Part shown: positions 1 to 12,939 of the stretch, in pieces | Layout: every line of letters starts with the position of its first letter | Numbering within the stretch: position 1 is the first letter of the stretch | Position numbers and translations under genes: made by a program | The notes under the pieces: generated by a model | Database searches by the model: none | The model's input: only the letters and a program-made list of their open reading frames with translations | What the model was told of the DNA's origin: nothing | Source of the DNA: Trichoplax adhaerens | Lineage: Eukaryota > Animalia > Placozoa | NCBI RefSeq assembly: GCF_000150275.1 | Contig: NW_002060948.1 | Span: forward strand, 3,423,183-3,487,182 | DNA: 64,000 nt | Direction: 5' to 3'

Positions 1-2156
1 TTATGTGCATATGATTCTTGCGCTTTTCAACTTCCATTTGTAATTTGGCCATAACTTTTACGTCATTTCTAGCTGTATCAATAGCTTTAATCTAGTGCTT
101 ACGTTCTTTTCACCTTCTTTATTATTCACAGGTGACAATTCACGATGGGCATTTTAGAAGCTCTGAAGTAGCCTTTCATTTCCCGCTAATTTATGAGATA
201 TTAACATAAATCGATTAACCGCATTGAAAAGTTTTACCGTAATTTGGCACGGAGATTAACTACAGCTAAAATATAAAAGAGCTTTGATTCTCTACTAATT
301 ATTCGGATTATTAGTACGCATCAATTAGCTATATTGAAAATTTTTTATCATAATTAGATATCCAGTTAAACTACTATTCATCCTATAGTATATGATACTA
401 AAGTAGAATAGTTATAATGTTATCCTTCCAGTACAATATTAATAAAATTTATTGACACTGCCTCTTTTCTCCTCTTGTATTGCTTTCATATATTCTTTAC
501 TTAGCTCTTCATGATTCTCTTCTTGTCCTTGATCTTCTTGATTTTCTTGATTTTCTTGATTTTCTTGATTACTTATTTTCATCATCCTTCTCCTCTCCTG
601 CATCTTCGCCCAATATCATAGATTGAATCATCTTCTCAGATCTTTTGTTGCCGATCCCATTTATTGCCTCTGTTAGTGATTTTCTTCCATCAAATTTCAA
701 TGCGTAGTTCATAAAATCTTCTGTTAGTCGATTTAGTCTAGCTTGTGCACAAGTTCATCTTCTGCCATCTTAACCGAAAAGGTATATCTTATACCATCGA
801 AATCATTGGAAGGTGGCCTTACCGAATGAAATACTGTACCTTGGGAAAGAGCACTCTGCCCATAACGTGATCGTACCTCTGTAATATAGTTATTATCATC
901 ATCAGCACTCTCAAAGTACGCAGTTTCTTCACCCTTTTGTGCAATCCAATTGGGATTTAAATAAGTTACCATCGTCCATTGATCAGTAATCGATAAATAA
1001 TCGCTATGCAATCGTCTATTAACGTTATTTCGAATCATATTACTTGAGACATCATAAGGGAAATAAATATCACGACTACCGACATGATTAACCACCTGCT
1101 GATGAATTTTCCATAAATTGCTATTTGCAAAATCTTGTACAGAGAAAATAGCCATCCATGATACACCGTCACTGCCGTCGTCATGAATATATGTGTAGAA
1201 ATATTCCTTGTATTTCACAAGTTTACGTAATCCTTCCAGTTCTTCAGGAGTAAATAAGTTGTCTAATACATAGATTTTTTTACCATTTTCGCTAACATAT
1301 CGTCGTGTAATATATTTCTCTACATCAATTACTCGATTTGCCGATACAGACGCGATATCATTTAACTTTGTGTTACGAATATTTCTTCGATGTTCAAATT
1401 TTTTCTTATAATATTCGATACCGTTTCGTAACTTTTCACTTGATTTAGTTAATTTAATATGGATTGTTTTGAGAGGATCGTAACGATCTATTGCTGGAGG
1501 CTTATAAAGATGCTCGATTGACGAATCGAACATAACCATTCTAAAGGCAAGAGGATGGACAGCACTGACAATTTCGTTATTATCATCATAGAATACAATA
1601 TCGCCGTAATCATTCTTTTTCCATTTGCCTGTTAAATAGAAGATAGCACTAACATCGTCGTCACGAGATGGAGTATCAGTAGATTTCTTGGGAATTTCAG
1701 ATCTTATAACTAATTTAGCAGCGGCCTGATAAATATGATAGTCGTTACCTTGTTTATCGCCTTAAAATGTTTTACAGCTCTAATAAGTTTTTGACCGATC
1801 TTTGATTTTTCCATAAACTGAGGATCGAGAAATGTTTTCCATAAAATATGATCAGGGCTTTCTTCTTTATAATCGCTACCATTATTATAGTTGTTAAGTG
1901 TCATTTCCCACTGTCCAAGACTGGATAAATATCGTCGGAACAGATAGATACTGAAAGGTTGTGTAAAGTTATTATATATCGAAATTTTTCGATTATCGGA
2001 CGTATAGAATGAACGGTATAGATTTTCATCGAAGTCATCTCTTATTTTAGTTTCATCGGATATTTTAGACTTTTTAGCGTCACCAAATATCACAATAATA
2101 ACAACTACGAATAAGTATATCCATTGATTTCTTATATTCCTAGAGAGACGAGCCAT
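1..2156 (-). pseudogene. Secreted tandem 2OG-Fe(II) oxygenase paralog 1, disrupted; 3' end runs off the window
   Basis: Homologous to paralogs 2-4 along its whole length, but carries several lesions: a 1-bp deletion at ~1762 relative to paralog 4 (cgccttaaaa vs cgcctttaaaa), a 5-bp insertion at 749-753, a further frameshift at ~571, a GC rather than GT donor at ~461, and in-frame stops plus a frameshift in the last exon (<=185). ORFs 1710..2156 and 733..1539 are its fragments. Confidence 0.85.
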
Positions 2157-3954
2157 AATTGCATTAATGTGGTCCTCGTACGCGAAAGAATTTCAGTAAT
2201 TGCGTAGAATAACGATCTATGAAAATTACAAACAAATAAAGCTTCTAAATGAAGTTTACTGCTTTGACGATAGCTTCTTTATTCAATCATGAGTTTATGC
2301 AAAAGCTATTTTAAGCCCGGTAAAGATCTGATTATGTACAGTACCGCAAGTCTTATGTACATTTATCACATATGACGATTGAATAGAAAGTCCTCTATAA
2401 ACAGGAAAGAGAAGGCGTTACTGGCAATTTTAATTACGATCTTTATGATAGAGGATAATGCGGCTTGAACGCTTATTTTCTATCCCTAGTACCTTTTGAA
2501 GCGCTATAACTACAACAAAGTTAAATGGTGTATTAGGCTTTTTCTATATCGCTCTTTTTCCTTAGGATATAAATCTACGAAGAACATCATAATGCCTAGC
2601 TACTATAGTTAAAATTAAATATATAATATCGTTTGATGGACGTTAGATTGTAAATAGGCCTATAAGATTACAAGGGCATAATATTGCTATCTCTTTTAGA
2701 TGATCAATAAATAATGCCAAGTATACTCGTAGGTAATCTCTACCATTAGTGTAAGGGATAAACCCGCCTATATTTGCCCAAACTAAGCTTACAGTTGGCA
2801 AATATATAACTATAATCTAGTAGGTTAGATGGTAGATCATAACATTAACCCTTATCGATAGTTATTCAATGATATTAAATTCAGGCGAGCTCTATAGCCT
2901 GACGGTTATGCTTACAGTTAGTAAATTTAGGCATAATCAAAATCTAATCGATTAGACTATCTGATATAACATTGCTAATCCTTGCCGAGGATCGTCATGC
3001 ATATTCTAATAATTTACTGTCGTATCAATCAAATTGGTTTATCCTTACTACTTACATAGAGAACGCCGGTAGTTAACCATTCGACTTTTATAATATACAA
3101 ATTAGATAATAACACTGTATGCAACTATATCATCACCAATTCTAATCAGCTGAAATAACTAAAGACGATTTCGCTGACTTTACTTAATATTAGAGCTATA
3201 CTTATCTTGAAATGGACTTTCATCAAGCATTTTCGATATTTTCAATAAGAATAATATGGAGATATTCAATTACTTATAAATGAGACCCGATAAAAGGGAA
3301 AGTAACAGAGAAGAATTCTTGTTGAATAAGTTAATAATTAAATCATGCTGGTAGATTTTCGAATACGTAGAGATGGTAACTGTGGCACTTTTTAACACAC
3401 CTTCAATAATAATATAGAGAACTGTGATGGAATTGCCAAAGAGCGATTAAATTTGCCGAATTTATTGCCTATTGCATAATGGTGTGCCCTTTCATTGACA
3501 ATATCTTGATACTAACGTACAGTATTCACGTATAACAAATTGAATAGATGTATACTTGTAACTATTGCATAGTTCTGCTTTGATGGATCTAGCTTAGGAA
3601 ATTTCCATCAGTGAGATCATTTTCAGTAAATAGGATTAATGAAGACTGTTATTAGTCAAAATAGAAGATAACCTTAATACTAAATGAGTCATGTTTAAAA
3701 ATGAGTCCTAGATACATGTTGATATTAGTTCATATATTTTAACAAATAGTATAATATACTCGAATACTTTACAAAGACCAATACAGTATTACGCTAGCTA
3801 CCTTGACTAACAGCATCTATTATAATCAATTTCTATCATACTAGATCTACAGAAAATCATTGCCTTGTCACGTTATACATATATCAATTTAACTTCTGTT
3901 TATCTATCGATTGATGGTATTAATTGCCAGCAGATTGTTTATTTAGCCTTCGAC

Positions 3955-6023
3955 CTATAAATGTTTACTAATTTGGTCTGCTAATTTATCGGCTGTTTTA
4001 TATATCTTCATTTCTATGGAGTTTTGTAGCTTAGCCATCTTGTCTCCGTTATATCTATGCTTTTCAATTGTCTTAATTAATTTCAGGCGTTCTTTGGCAC
4101 CTGCTTTATTTTCTATTTCAGGCAGTGATCGATGAGGATGACGATAGGCTTCCGCCAAACTCTCGAATTCTTCATCTAATAAGGAAAATAACACATCAGT
4201 AGGATGAAAGCAATGGATAAAATAGTTCTCTATAATGACCATAGATCTTAGCATAAGTTATTACGGCTTATCCATTAATCAAGAGCTTTGCAGTTTAAGA
4301 AAAATAAACGGTTATTTAGAATAATTTTAGACTAGAGTAAAGAATAAATACCTTTTGCTGCTTTATTTTGATTGTTGGTATTGCTCTCTTGTGATCGTTG
4401 ATCATTTCCTTCACCAATTGCGTCTTGATTTTGTTCCTCATTGATATGGAAGCCATTATCAGTTATTAGTTCATCTTCATCTAAGAGCATACTTAAAGTA
4501 CTTTTCTCCAGTTTTTTGGAGCCTAATTTGTGTGCAATTCTTTTAATGTAATCATACTGATCCACATTTCCTGCATAAATTGCATAATCTTCCGATAATC
4601 GATTTAATCTAGCTTGTGGTTCATCTTCTGCCATCTTGACAGAGAATGAATATCTTAGACCGTCGAAATCATTGGATGGAGGCCTTGCTGAATGGTAAAT
4701 GGTACTCTGAAAAATAACACTTCGACCATAACGTGGCCTCACTTCTATCACATAGTCGTTGTCATCGGTATTTTTTTCGAAGTAAGCGGTTTCTCCACCC
4801 ATTTGTGCAGTCCAATTTGGATTTAAGTAAGTTACCATTGTCCATTGATCAGCAGTTTGTGAGCAATCATCATGGACTCGAGTATTATCGGTATTTTTAA
4901 TCATATTACATGAGACATCATAGGGGAAATAGGTATCACGACTGCCGACATAGCGAACCACTTGTTGATGGATTTTCCATAAATTACTATCGACAAAGTC
5001 TTGTAGAGAGAAAGATGCTAACCATGATACACCATCGCTTCCTTTGTCAAGATAACTTTGATGGACATATTCCTTATATTCAATAATTCGACTTAAGCCT
5101 TGTAATTCTTGAGGAGTAAATACGTTATCTAAGACGTAGATTTTTTTACCACTTTGGGCTACATGTTGTCGTGTAATATGTTTCTCGACATCGATAGTTC
5201 GCGGCTGCGATAGAGGAGCGATATCGTTTAATTTCTTATTTCGAGCATCTACTCGATGTTGTGATCGTGCTTTATAATCTTCGATGGCTTTCTTTAATTT
5301 ATCACTGGATTTAGTCAGTTTAATATGGATTGTTCTTACTGGGCCATTGCTATCGATGGATGGAGGCTTGTAAAGATGTTCGATGGAAGAATCAAACATG
5401 ACCATCCTAAACATAAGAGGATGAACACCGCACACAATTTCCTTATTTTTCTCATAGAATAAAATATCACCATAGTCATTTTTCTTCCATTTGGTGATTA
5501 AATAGAGGATAGCGCTGATATCGTTATCATCAGCTGGAGCATCGATACTCCCTTTAGGCACTTCCGATCTTACGACAAGTTTAGCAGCGACATTATACAT
5601 GTGGTAGTTATCACTTGCTTGATCACCTTTAAAATGCTGAACAGCGCGAAGGACTTTACGACCAATTTTACTTTTTTCAATGAACTCAGGATCGAGAAAG
5701 GATTTCCACAAGATGTGATCAGGGCTATCGTCTCTAAAATCGCTGCCATTATTATAATCTTTGAGTGTATGCTCCCATCGACCAGCGTCGGACAAATAAC
5801 GTCGAAGTAGGTAGACATTGGACGGCAGTAAAAAGTCATTATAGACCGAAATTTTTCGATGATCGGATGTATAGAATGATTTATAGAGGTTGTGATCGAA
5901 ATTATCCTTTTGCTCTTCACGATTGGATTTTTCCGAGTTGTCACCATTGCTAAAAGTGATTATCGTCATCGATAACACTAAGCATAGGTATAAATTTCTG
6001 ACACTACCTAATAGAATTGCCAT
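3955..6023 (-). CDS. Secreted tandem-domain 2OG-Fe(II) dioxygenase (prolyl-hydroxylase-like), paralog 2, ~630 aa
   Basis: Exons 6023-4352 and 4175-3955 joined by a phase-1 GT-AG intron. Hydrophobic N-terminal signal peptide. C-terminal domain has VHDD (HxD), YLNPNW..GGET, YHSARP (distal His) and RYSF (2OG-binding Arg). Confidence 0.85.
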
Positions 6024-6124
6024 AGTTCTTAGGGTATTTTTGTACTCCTTCTTGAAGATTTTTATTCGAGCTCGTTTATATGTCCGAGATATATACTGTA
6101 ATTATTGAAGTCTCCGTAGTAGTA

Positions 6125-6410
6125 AAGGCAAGTTAAGGCAACGCACCAAACACTTCTCGATATGTATTGATCCTTATTGAAGGAAATTCAAGTTTCTTTA
6201 CTCAAGGCAAGTTAAGGCAAGGCACCAAGGGCGTCTCAATGTATACTGATCCTAATAGAATAAAATGGAAGTTTCTCAATCTGTACTGACCCTTATTGAA
6301 AAAATGGAAGTTTCTATAATCAATGGAGCTTCTCGATCTGTACTGATCCTTATTGAAGAAAATCCAATTTTCTCTGATCAAGGCAAGTTAAAGTAACGCC
6401 CCAGGAGCTT
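6125..6410. repeat. Mosaic minisatellite just upstream of paralog 2
   Basis: AAGGCAAGTTAA(G/A)G module x3 and TCTC(G/A)AT..GTA(C/T)TGATCCTTATTGAA...AAGTTTCT-like module x4. Confidence 0.75.
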
Positions 6411-8449
6411 CGAAATATAGAATCCTCGTACAGTCATCAACTGAATAAACAGTCGACGACCGATTTACAATTAATCTCCTTAGCTGTTTAGGTCACGTAA
6501 AATCAACTTGATATCGCTCAACCTATAAAGAATATTGAATAGTATAAGATCCTTTAGAGGTAAGGGAAAAGAGGCGCCGATGCTAATTCTACGCTAGCTA
6601 AGTGGTTGTCTGTACCCAACATCGATATTATACTACAATACAAAAGTCTATTTTAGAAATATAAAGCCTATAATTATTATAATGAATTCTTCTTACTGCC
6701 TATTGAAATGGTAATGCCATTGATTTTATTCTACTGCCTATTAATATTAGGCATGATAGACAATAACGCAAAAGTTAACATCACGTATACATCGGAATGA
6801 ATGGAATTAGATCTAGTTTGACCAGTAGCTCCTACGTGATGATGAAAATAATACTCTGGAATAAAAATATATATACTACCTATGTTTAGTCTTTAACTTT
6901 GCTATAGTAAACGTAATTCTCATAGTTCTTTAACGGCTATTTTAGTGGTTTACTGCTTGCCACAGGTGTCATAATATCCATTCAATCAACGCCATGTTGG
7001 CATCCAGTTTTATTGGTAATAGAGTTATGACTGCCTCAAGTTCATACATTCAGTCGAAATAGTTCTTTCTATCAGTTCTTTGCTTAACCATTCCATGACA
7101 GATTGAAAGAACTTTCGACGTACAGCCGTAGTAAACTTGATTAATTCAGTTTGCAAAGGAGAGTTTAGTGTGCACAGTCAAAATAAATATTAGGTAGAAA
7201 CGATTGCCGTATATGGATACTACCAGCGTTTCCTTGAAGAGAATTAATATCGATTGGATAATAACGACGATAGCCTCCCAAGGAGCTATTTACAAATTTC
7301 CATTAGAAATGATTCTGAGTAGAAATTACTACTAAATAAGATTTTTATAATTAGTGTTGGACCCACTGTAACCATTAAATGCAACTAAATTCGTTTTTAA
7401 TGCTGTTCCTGTGAATTATTTACCGTTCATTTCAATATGGCAGGGGTTATTCTATGGCTTACTCTGAGTAAATGTGGATGCAAGATATCGGCTAGTAAGC
7501 TCGTAAAATAGACATTCTAGATGATTACATATTGACAGTAAGTGAGCTGCCAATGAAACAGATATTAGCAATTCCCTCTAAGTAGCGATGTCATAATTCA
7601 AACGAGTGGATGTCAGAGAATAGTAATTAAACTCTCTGTTAGATATAGATCCTAACAAATGGGAGTTAGAGAGTAGTAATTCAACTCCTCGTTAGAAAGG
7701 GGTTCGGATGATTGCAACGAAGGAGTGACAGAGAGAACAAGTCTTGATCGTTATTGAAATCATATCATTTCATAAGCATGATATTCAAGTTTTTTTTTAT
7801 AAATCCTTGTCATCATTGTCTTACTGAGAAAATTGTTTGGATCGCTTGCCAAGTGCTAAAAATCATTCACCATTTTCCATTGCTAATATAATTATAGATA
7901 TTGTAATTTATCGCCAATGATTTTAAAGGGTGATATGATATCTTGAAGTACTAGGCAAGAAGGTGAGAAATATTGAAGGAGTAGTTAGAAGATAGATTCC
8001 GTTGCACGAACAGAATAGATGACTACAGCAAACTAGATATTTTTAATAAAGTAGAAGAGCAAAACCAATCAAAGAAAGGTATGGAAAGGATGAAGATGGC
8101 AAAAGTGCAACCTTGGACAGAAATACACTGATTAGAATGCTATATTTATTTCGAATAAGAATATGAAAGTTAAACAGCTGTTATAGAGGTATACACACAA
8201 CACTACATTACATTTAGCGATATTATTAGTAGCAAATGAGATTATTACCACCAATGAAAAGTCGCTTAAATCTATAGCATCCAATTGATTGTATTGGATT
8301 GAATGTTAATTCCGCAATATGAAACAAAATAATGATAAAATTGTAATAGGAATGAATAATTATAGTAGTCGTTATTTCCTCTGGATCAACTTGGGCTACA
8401 AACTGGATTGTGAAAGAATCATAAAGTAGAGCTGGCATAATAGATAAAT

Positions 8450-10594
8450 TTATAAATATGGAGCAATTTGAGCAGAGACTTTAGCGTAGGAATTGTGCAT
8501 ATTCTCTTCTAAGGAGTTTTGCAATTTAGCCATGATTTTACCGTTATCCCTATGCTTATCGATTGTCTTGATTAACTTGGCTCGTTTTTTAACGCCATCT
8601 TTATTGGTAACCTCGACTAACTTTCGATGAGGATTGCGATAATCATCCAGCATATATTCAAGTTCCTCTGTAATGAATTTGTAATATGGCGTCAAGAGAT
8701 AGAATCAGTGTAATGATGGAATACTCTATGACTACCGAATTTACTTCCTTATAATCGACTTTAATTTTATTTTAGAACGGGGTTACTAATGGAAAGTAAA
8801 GCTATAACACCTTGGCACACTGTTCTAGACGATCACCACCATGAAAATATATTTAATTATTTCTACTCTACTCTAATAATAATGAATTAAGCCATTCATG
8901 CTCAGCATATTCACATTGACAAGTTGAATGGACAATTTACCTTCTTCTGCTTCGTCTTCAACAGATTGATCCTTTTGAGCTGGTGATTGGTCTTCTTCCT
9001 CTTCATCTTGATATTGCCCTTTACCTCGCGTTTTGCCTTCTCCTTCGTCATCGACCTGGGGCGCATCTTCGCCTAACAACATACGGAGAACCATTTTCTC
9101 TCCTTTTTCCGTCCCCATCATACGTCCAATTCTTGTCACACTATCACGCAGGTCAATATTTCCAGCATAAATTGAAAAATCTTCCGTTAATCGATTGACT
9201 CGAGCTTGTGCTTCGTCTTCCGCCATCTTAACCGAAAAGGTATATCTTAAACCATCGAAATCATTGGCTGGCGGCCTTGCTGAATGATAGAGTGTACTCT
9301 GGAAAATAACACTTCGTCCATAACGTGGCCTGACTTCGGTAATATAAAAATTATCGTCGATATTTTTCTCAAAGTAAGCCGTTTCGCCACCCATTTGTGC
9401 AGTCCAATTGGGGTTCAAGTAGGTTACCATCGTCCATTGATCAGCTACTTGTGAACAATCATCATGGACTCGCGTTTTATCATTACATCGAATCATATTA
9501 CATGAAACATCATAAGGGAAATAGGTAGTGCGACTACCAACATGGCGAACAACTTGTTGATGGACATTCCATAAATTGCTATCGACAAAGTCTTGTAGCG
9601 AAAAGGATGCAGCCCAGCTAACACCATCACTTCCTTCATCGAAATTACCATCATGATCGTAGCGCTTATATTCGATGAGTTTGCGTAAATTTTTCAGCTC
9701 TTCAGCAGTATATAAATTATCCAGGACGTACATTTTTTTACCATTGGGGGCCGTATAAGTTCGTGTAATATGTTTATCGACATCGATGACTTGTCCTGCT
9801 TGTATTGGAGCAACTTGGTTTAGTGTTTTTTCACGAGCTTGGGATCGAAGTTGTGATCGAGCTTTCCATTGCTCGATAGCATTATTGACTTTCTCCTTGG
9901 ATTGAGTTAATTTAACTTGCAAGGTGATAACTGGGCCTTCATGATCGACCGAGGGAGTTTTATATTGATGCTCGATAGAAGAATCAAACATGATCATGCG
10001 AAATATAAGTGGATGAACAGCACCGATAATTTCCTTGTTGTTATCGTAAAATAAAATATCACCATAATCATTTTTTTTCCATTTACCTATTAAATATAAG
10101 ATAGCACTGACATCGCCATTACCCATTGGTGCATCTTGACTGCTTTTTGGGATTTCTGATCTTGCAATTAATTTTGCAGCAACATGATAGATCTGGTAGT
10201 CATTGCCTTGTTGATCGCCTTTAAAATGTCTAACAGCTCGTATGATTTTTTGACCAATTTTGGTTTTGCCAATGAATTCAGGATCGGGAAAAATTTTCCA
10301 CAAGACATGATCAGGACTATCTTCTTTAAAATCACTACCGTTATTATAATCGTTCAGTGTAACTTCCCATTGGCCAATGGTGAATAAATAGCGTTTAAGT
10401 AAGTAGAGAGAAGTGGGTTTTAAAAAGTTGTTATAGATGGAAAGTTTTCGATTATCCTCTGTGTAAAACGACTTGTACAAATTGGTATCGAAATCATCCT
10501 TTTCTGGGACATTTTTACTTTTGCTTGATTTCTTACTATCGTCGGCTGAGATTAGGATAGCGCAAAGTATCAAGAGACCGATTGATTTTCGCAT
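8450..10594 (-). CDS. Secreted tandem-domain 2OG-Fe(II) dioxygenase, paralog 3, ~623 aa
   Basis: Exons 10594-8941 and 8667-8450 (phase-1 GT-AG). Signal peptide MRKSIGLLILCAILISA. Motifs VHDD / YHSARP / RYTF. Acidic linker before the intron. Confidence 0.85.
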
Positions 10595-12939
10595 CCTGTT
10601 GACAATCTTTATCTTGGATAATCACTAGAAAAGGGAACGGAAACACAATTTTTTTAAATTGTACTTTCTCTCTCTCTCTCTCAATTACAGATCAAGTAGA
10701 AATAGTGTAGTACTCTGGACAACTGTATACCAATAGTTCAATGGATTAAATTGAAGGAGCCAATCTGCCTCTATGTGTCCTTTTAATAGACAATCAATAT
10801 TAAACTTTAACGACTCTTTTTTAATAGGCAATTTTACGTCATAACGCTAACAACAGGTCGTTACTTCGCAATTATGAGAGAAAGAATTGATGTCGGTAGC
10901 TGGAATGGAGTACAATATTGAATTGTTTTACTATTATGGGGGATTGCCTATTGATATAATAATGGAGGCTTGCACTAATTGCAAAAAGTCACGCCTTCAT
11001 AAGGCATTGAAGAAGAATAGTAAGAATATTATTTAAGCTATCTTATAGTTTTAAGACAAATTGAATAGACATGGTGTACAACTACTATAAGAGATCAAAT
11101 ATTGATCGAAGCTTAGACGTAGGACAACATTGTTGTATAGGAAATTATAAAGAGAGGATAGAAAATGAATATCAATAAATGATCCGTGGGCTAGCTATGA
11201 CAACATGGATTGCCTTGTAATTAAGTCTAGTCTACGAGTACTCGTATCCTAAGAGGAAAGGGATTGATGATGCAATTCTTGCTGTTGGTTTGGGTAGATG
11301 GAGGCTGAGATAATGGCTTCCATCATGGTTTATAAACTATACCAAGATAGGCCATCTTGAGACGGTAGAATAGTACTGAAGGAGAGGCAATATTAAGCAT
11401 AGCAAAACGATATACTCATATATACGTAGAAGAAAACTTCCCATAGGTAGTATCTACTGTACTCTTCAACCGAAATAATTTACTTAATTGAATAAGCTAG
11501 TACTCCAAATAGGATGAGTAGATTATCATTATTACTCGTATTTGTCAACTTGCCTTTTAAATGAACGGCCCCCCCAAAATGCATACTATGCCGGTGCTAG
11601 AAGTAGTCAATCAATTGTAAATTATAGGAATCATTACAGCACGTTTTTCTATAGTAATTTTCCTACATTATAGATCGATCTTATGTTAACTACGGATACG
11701 CCTTAACTCATAAGATTGCATTGAATTTATGGCATATTTAACTAAGAAAGTGTTATACTTAAGCAATGAGTTCACTCCGTGAGTAACATTTATAACTGAT
11801 ATTTATCGTTAATGTTCCGTATTTCTAGCTACATCAGGTTACACCTCGATACGATTATGATTTATACTTCGCACTACAATTAGTAAATGATCAGTTCACT
11901 TTTTGCAATCTACAGTATTACAAGCTGTAGTTCAGCCCCAAATATAACTTGGATTACGATCCAAGATTGTACAAGAACAGGTTAAAAATTGTACGTTCGA
12001 GTGTAAGATTGTATTAAGTATCTATTTTAGTAAATCTAACTACAGTAATTATACAACATAAAGCAACTATAACGGACTGTTTTATTCTTACCCCATAATG
12101 TAAGAAGTGAATCTATATGCATATAAACACGACGATAGATCAGAGTCATTAATAAAATGAACAATAAGAAAAATGTCTGCTGTGCCAGTACTGAATCTCT
12201 CTATATTGATATCTACAGTATGGCTAAAACCTGAATTCCGGCAATATATGATAGCCGGCTAAAGTTCGAATTAGGAGTGCACATCGTCCTATAGTTTAAG
12301 GACGACTATTTACTTAATAGAAAGAAAATCAACTCCGTTTAGTCCTTTCGCATACTGCATTGCTAAACACTTCCGTAAAGCAATAAAATCGATTAATCTG
12401 ATTAGCATTCTACTTCAAGCATGAGTATCGCCGGCTAAAGCCCTAAAATCGAATATTTTTGCTTTTCATATCACTGTTCTACTACAGTAGTTCAAAGGAC
12501 GAAGGACTAAATCTATCGCAGACTAATGCAGCTTCAATAGCTTATCCATAATTTATAAATGATTTATGCTACTGATCTACGTAGTTTCTTGCTGCGATTC
12601 AACAGTACAAGGTTCGGCTAGTATACACTGACGACCAATCCATAACAAGATTGCCGAAATCAAGAATTCTTTATTGGTACCAAACCCACACATATACACC
12701 ACTCGATGGTAAAGCATCAAGTGGTTCCTTGCTTACACACAGTTATCCTATTTATCAATCGCTATACTAAATCTAAGCTAACTAGGGATAAAGTTACTAG
12801 CTAGTAAAGAATAACTTAATAATTAAAATAGTCCAAATTCAAATGATTTACAGTAAAAATGCGATGGCATGATTTACGTAAAATGAGCATCAACATCAGT
12901 AAGGTTATAAATACTACTAAAATGGAATACTATTTATCC

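Noticed and set aside
3955-3970. C-terminal SKHL of paralog 2 as a peroxisomal PTS1
   Set aside because: The last three residues (KHL) are non-consensus, are not conserved in the paralogs, and the protein has a signal peptide.
5570-10387. Short overlapping or antisense ORFs (5570..5947, 5601..5810, 5765..5953, 8983..9198, 10184..10387)
   Set aside because: They are shadows of the oxygenase coding sequence; their mutual similarity only reflects paralogy of the host genes.
12697-12724. 9-bp stem-loop 3' of paralog 4 as a SECIS
   Set aside because: It lacks the AUGA/GA quartet, the 11-12-bp helix II and the apical AA.
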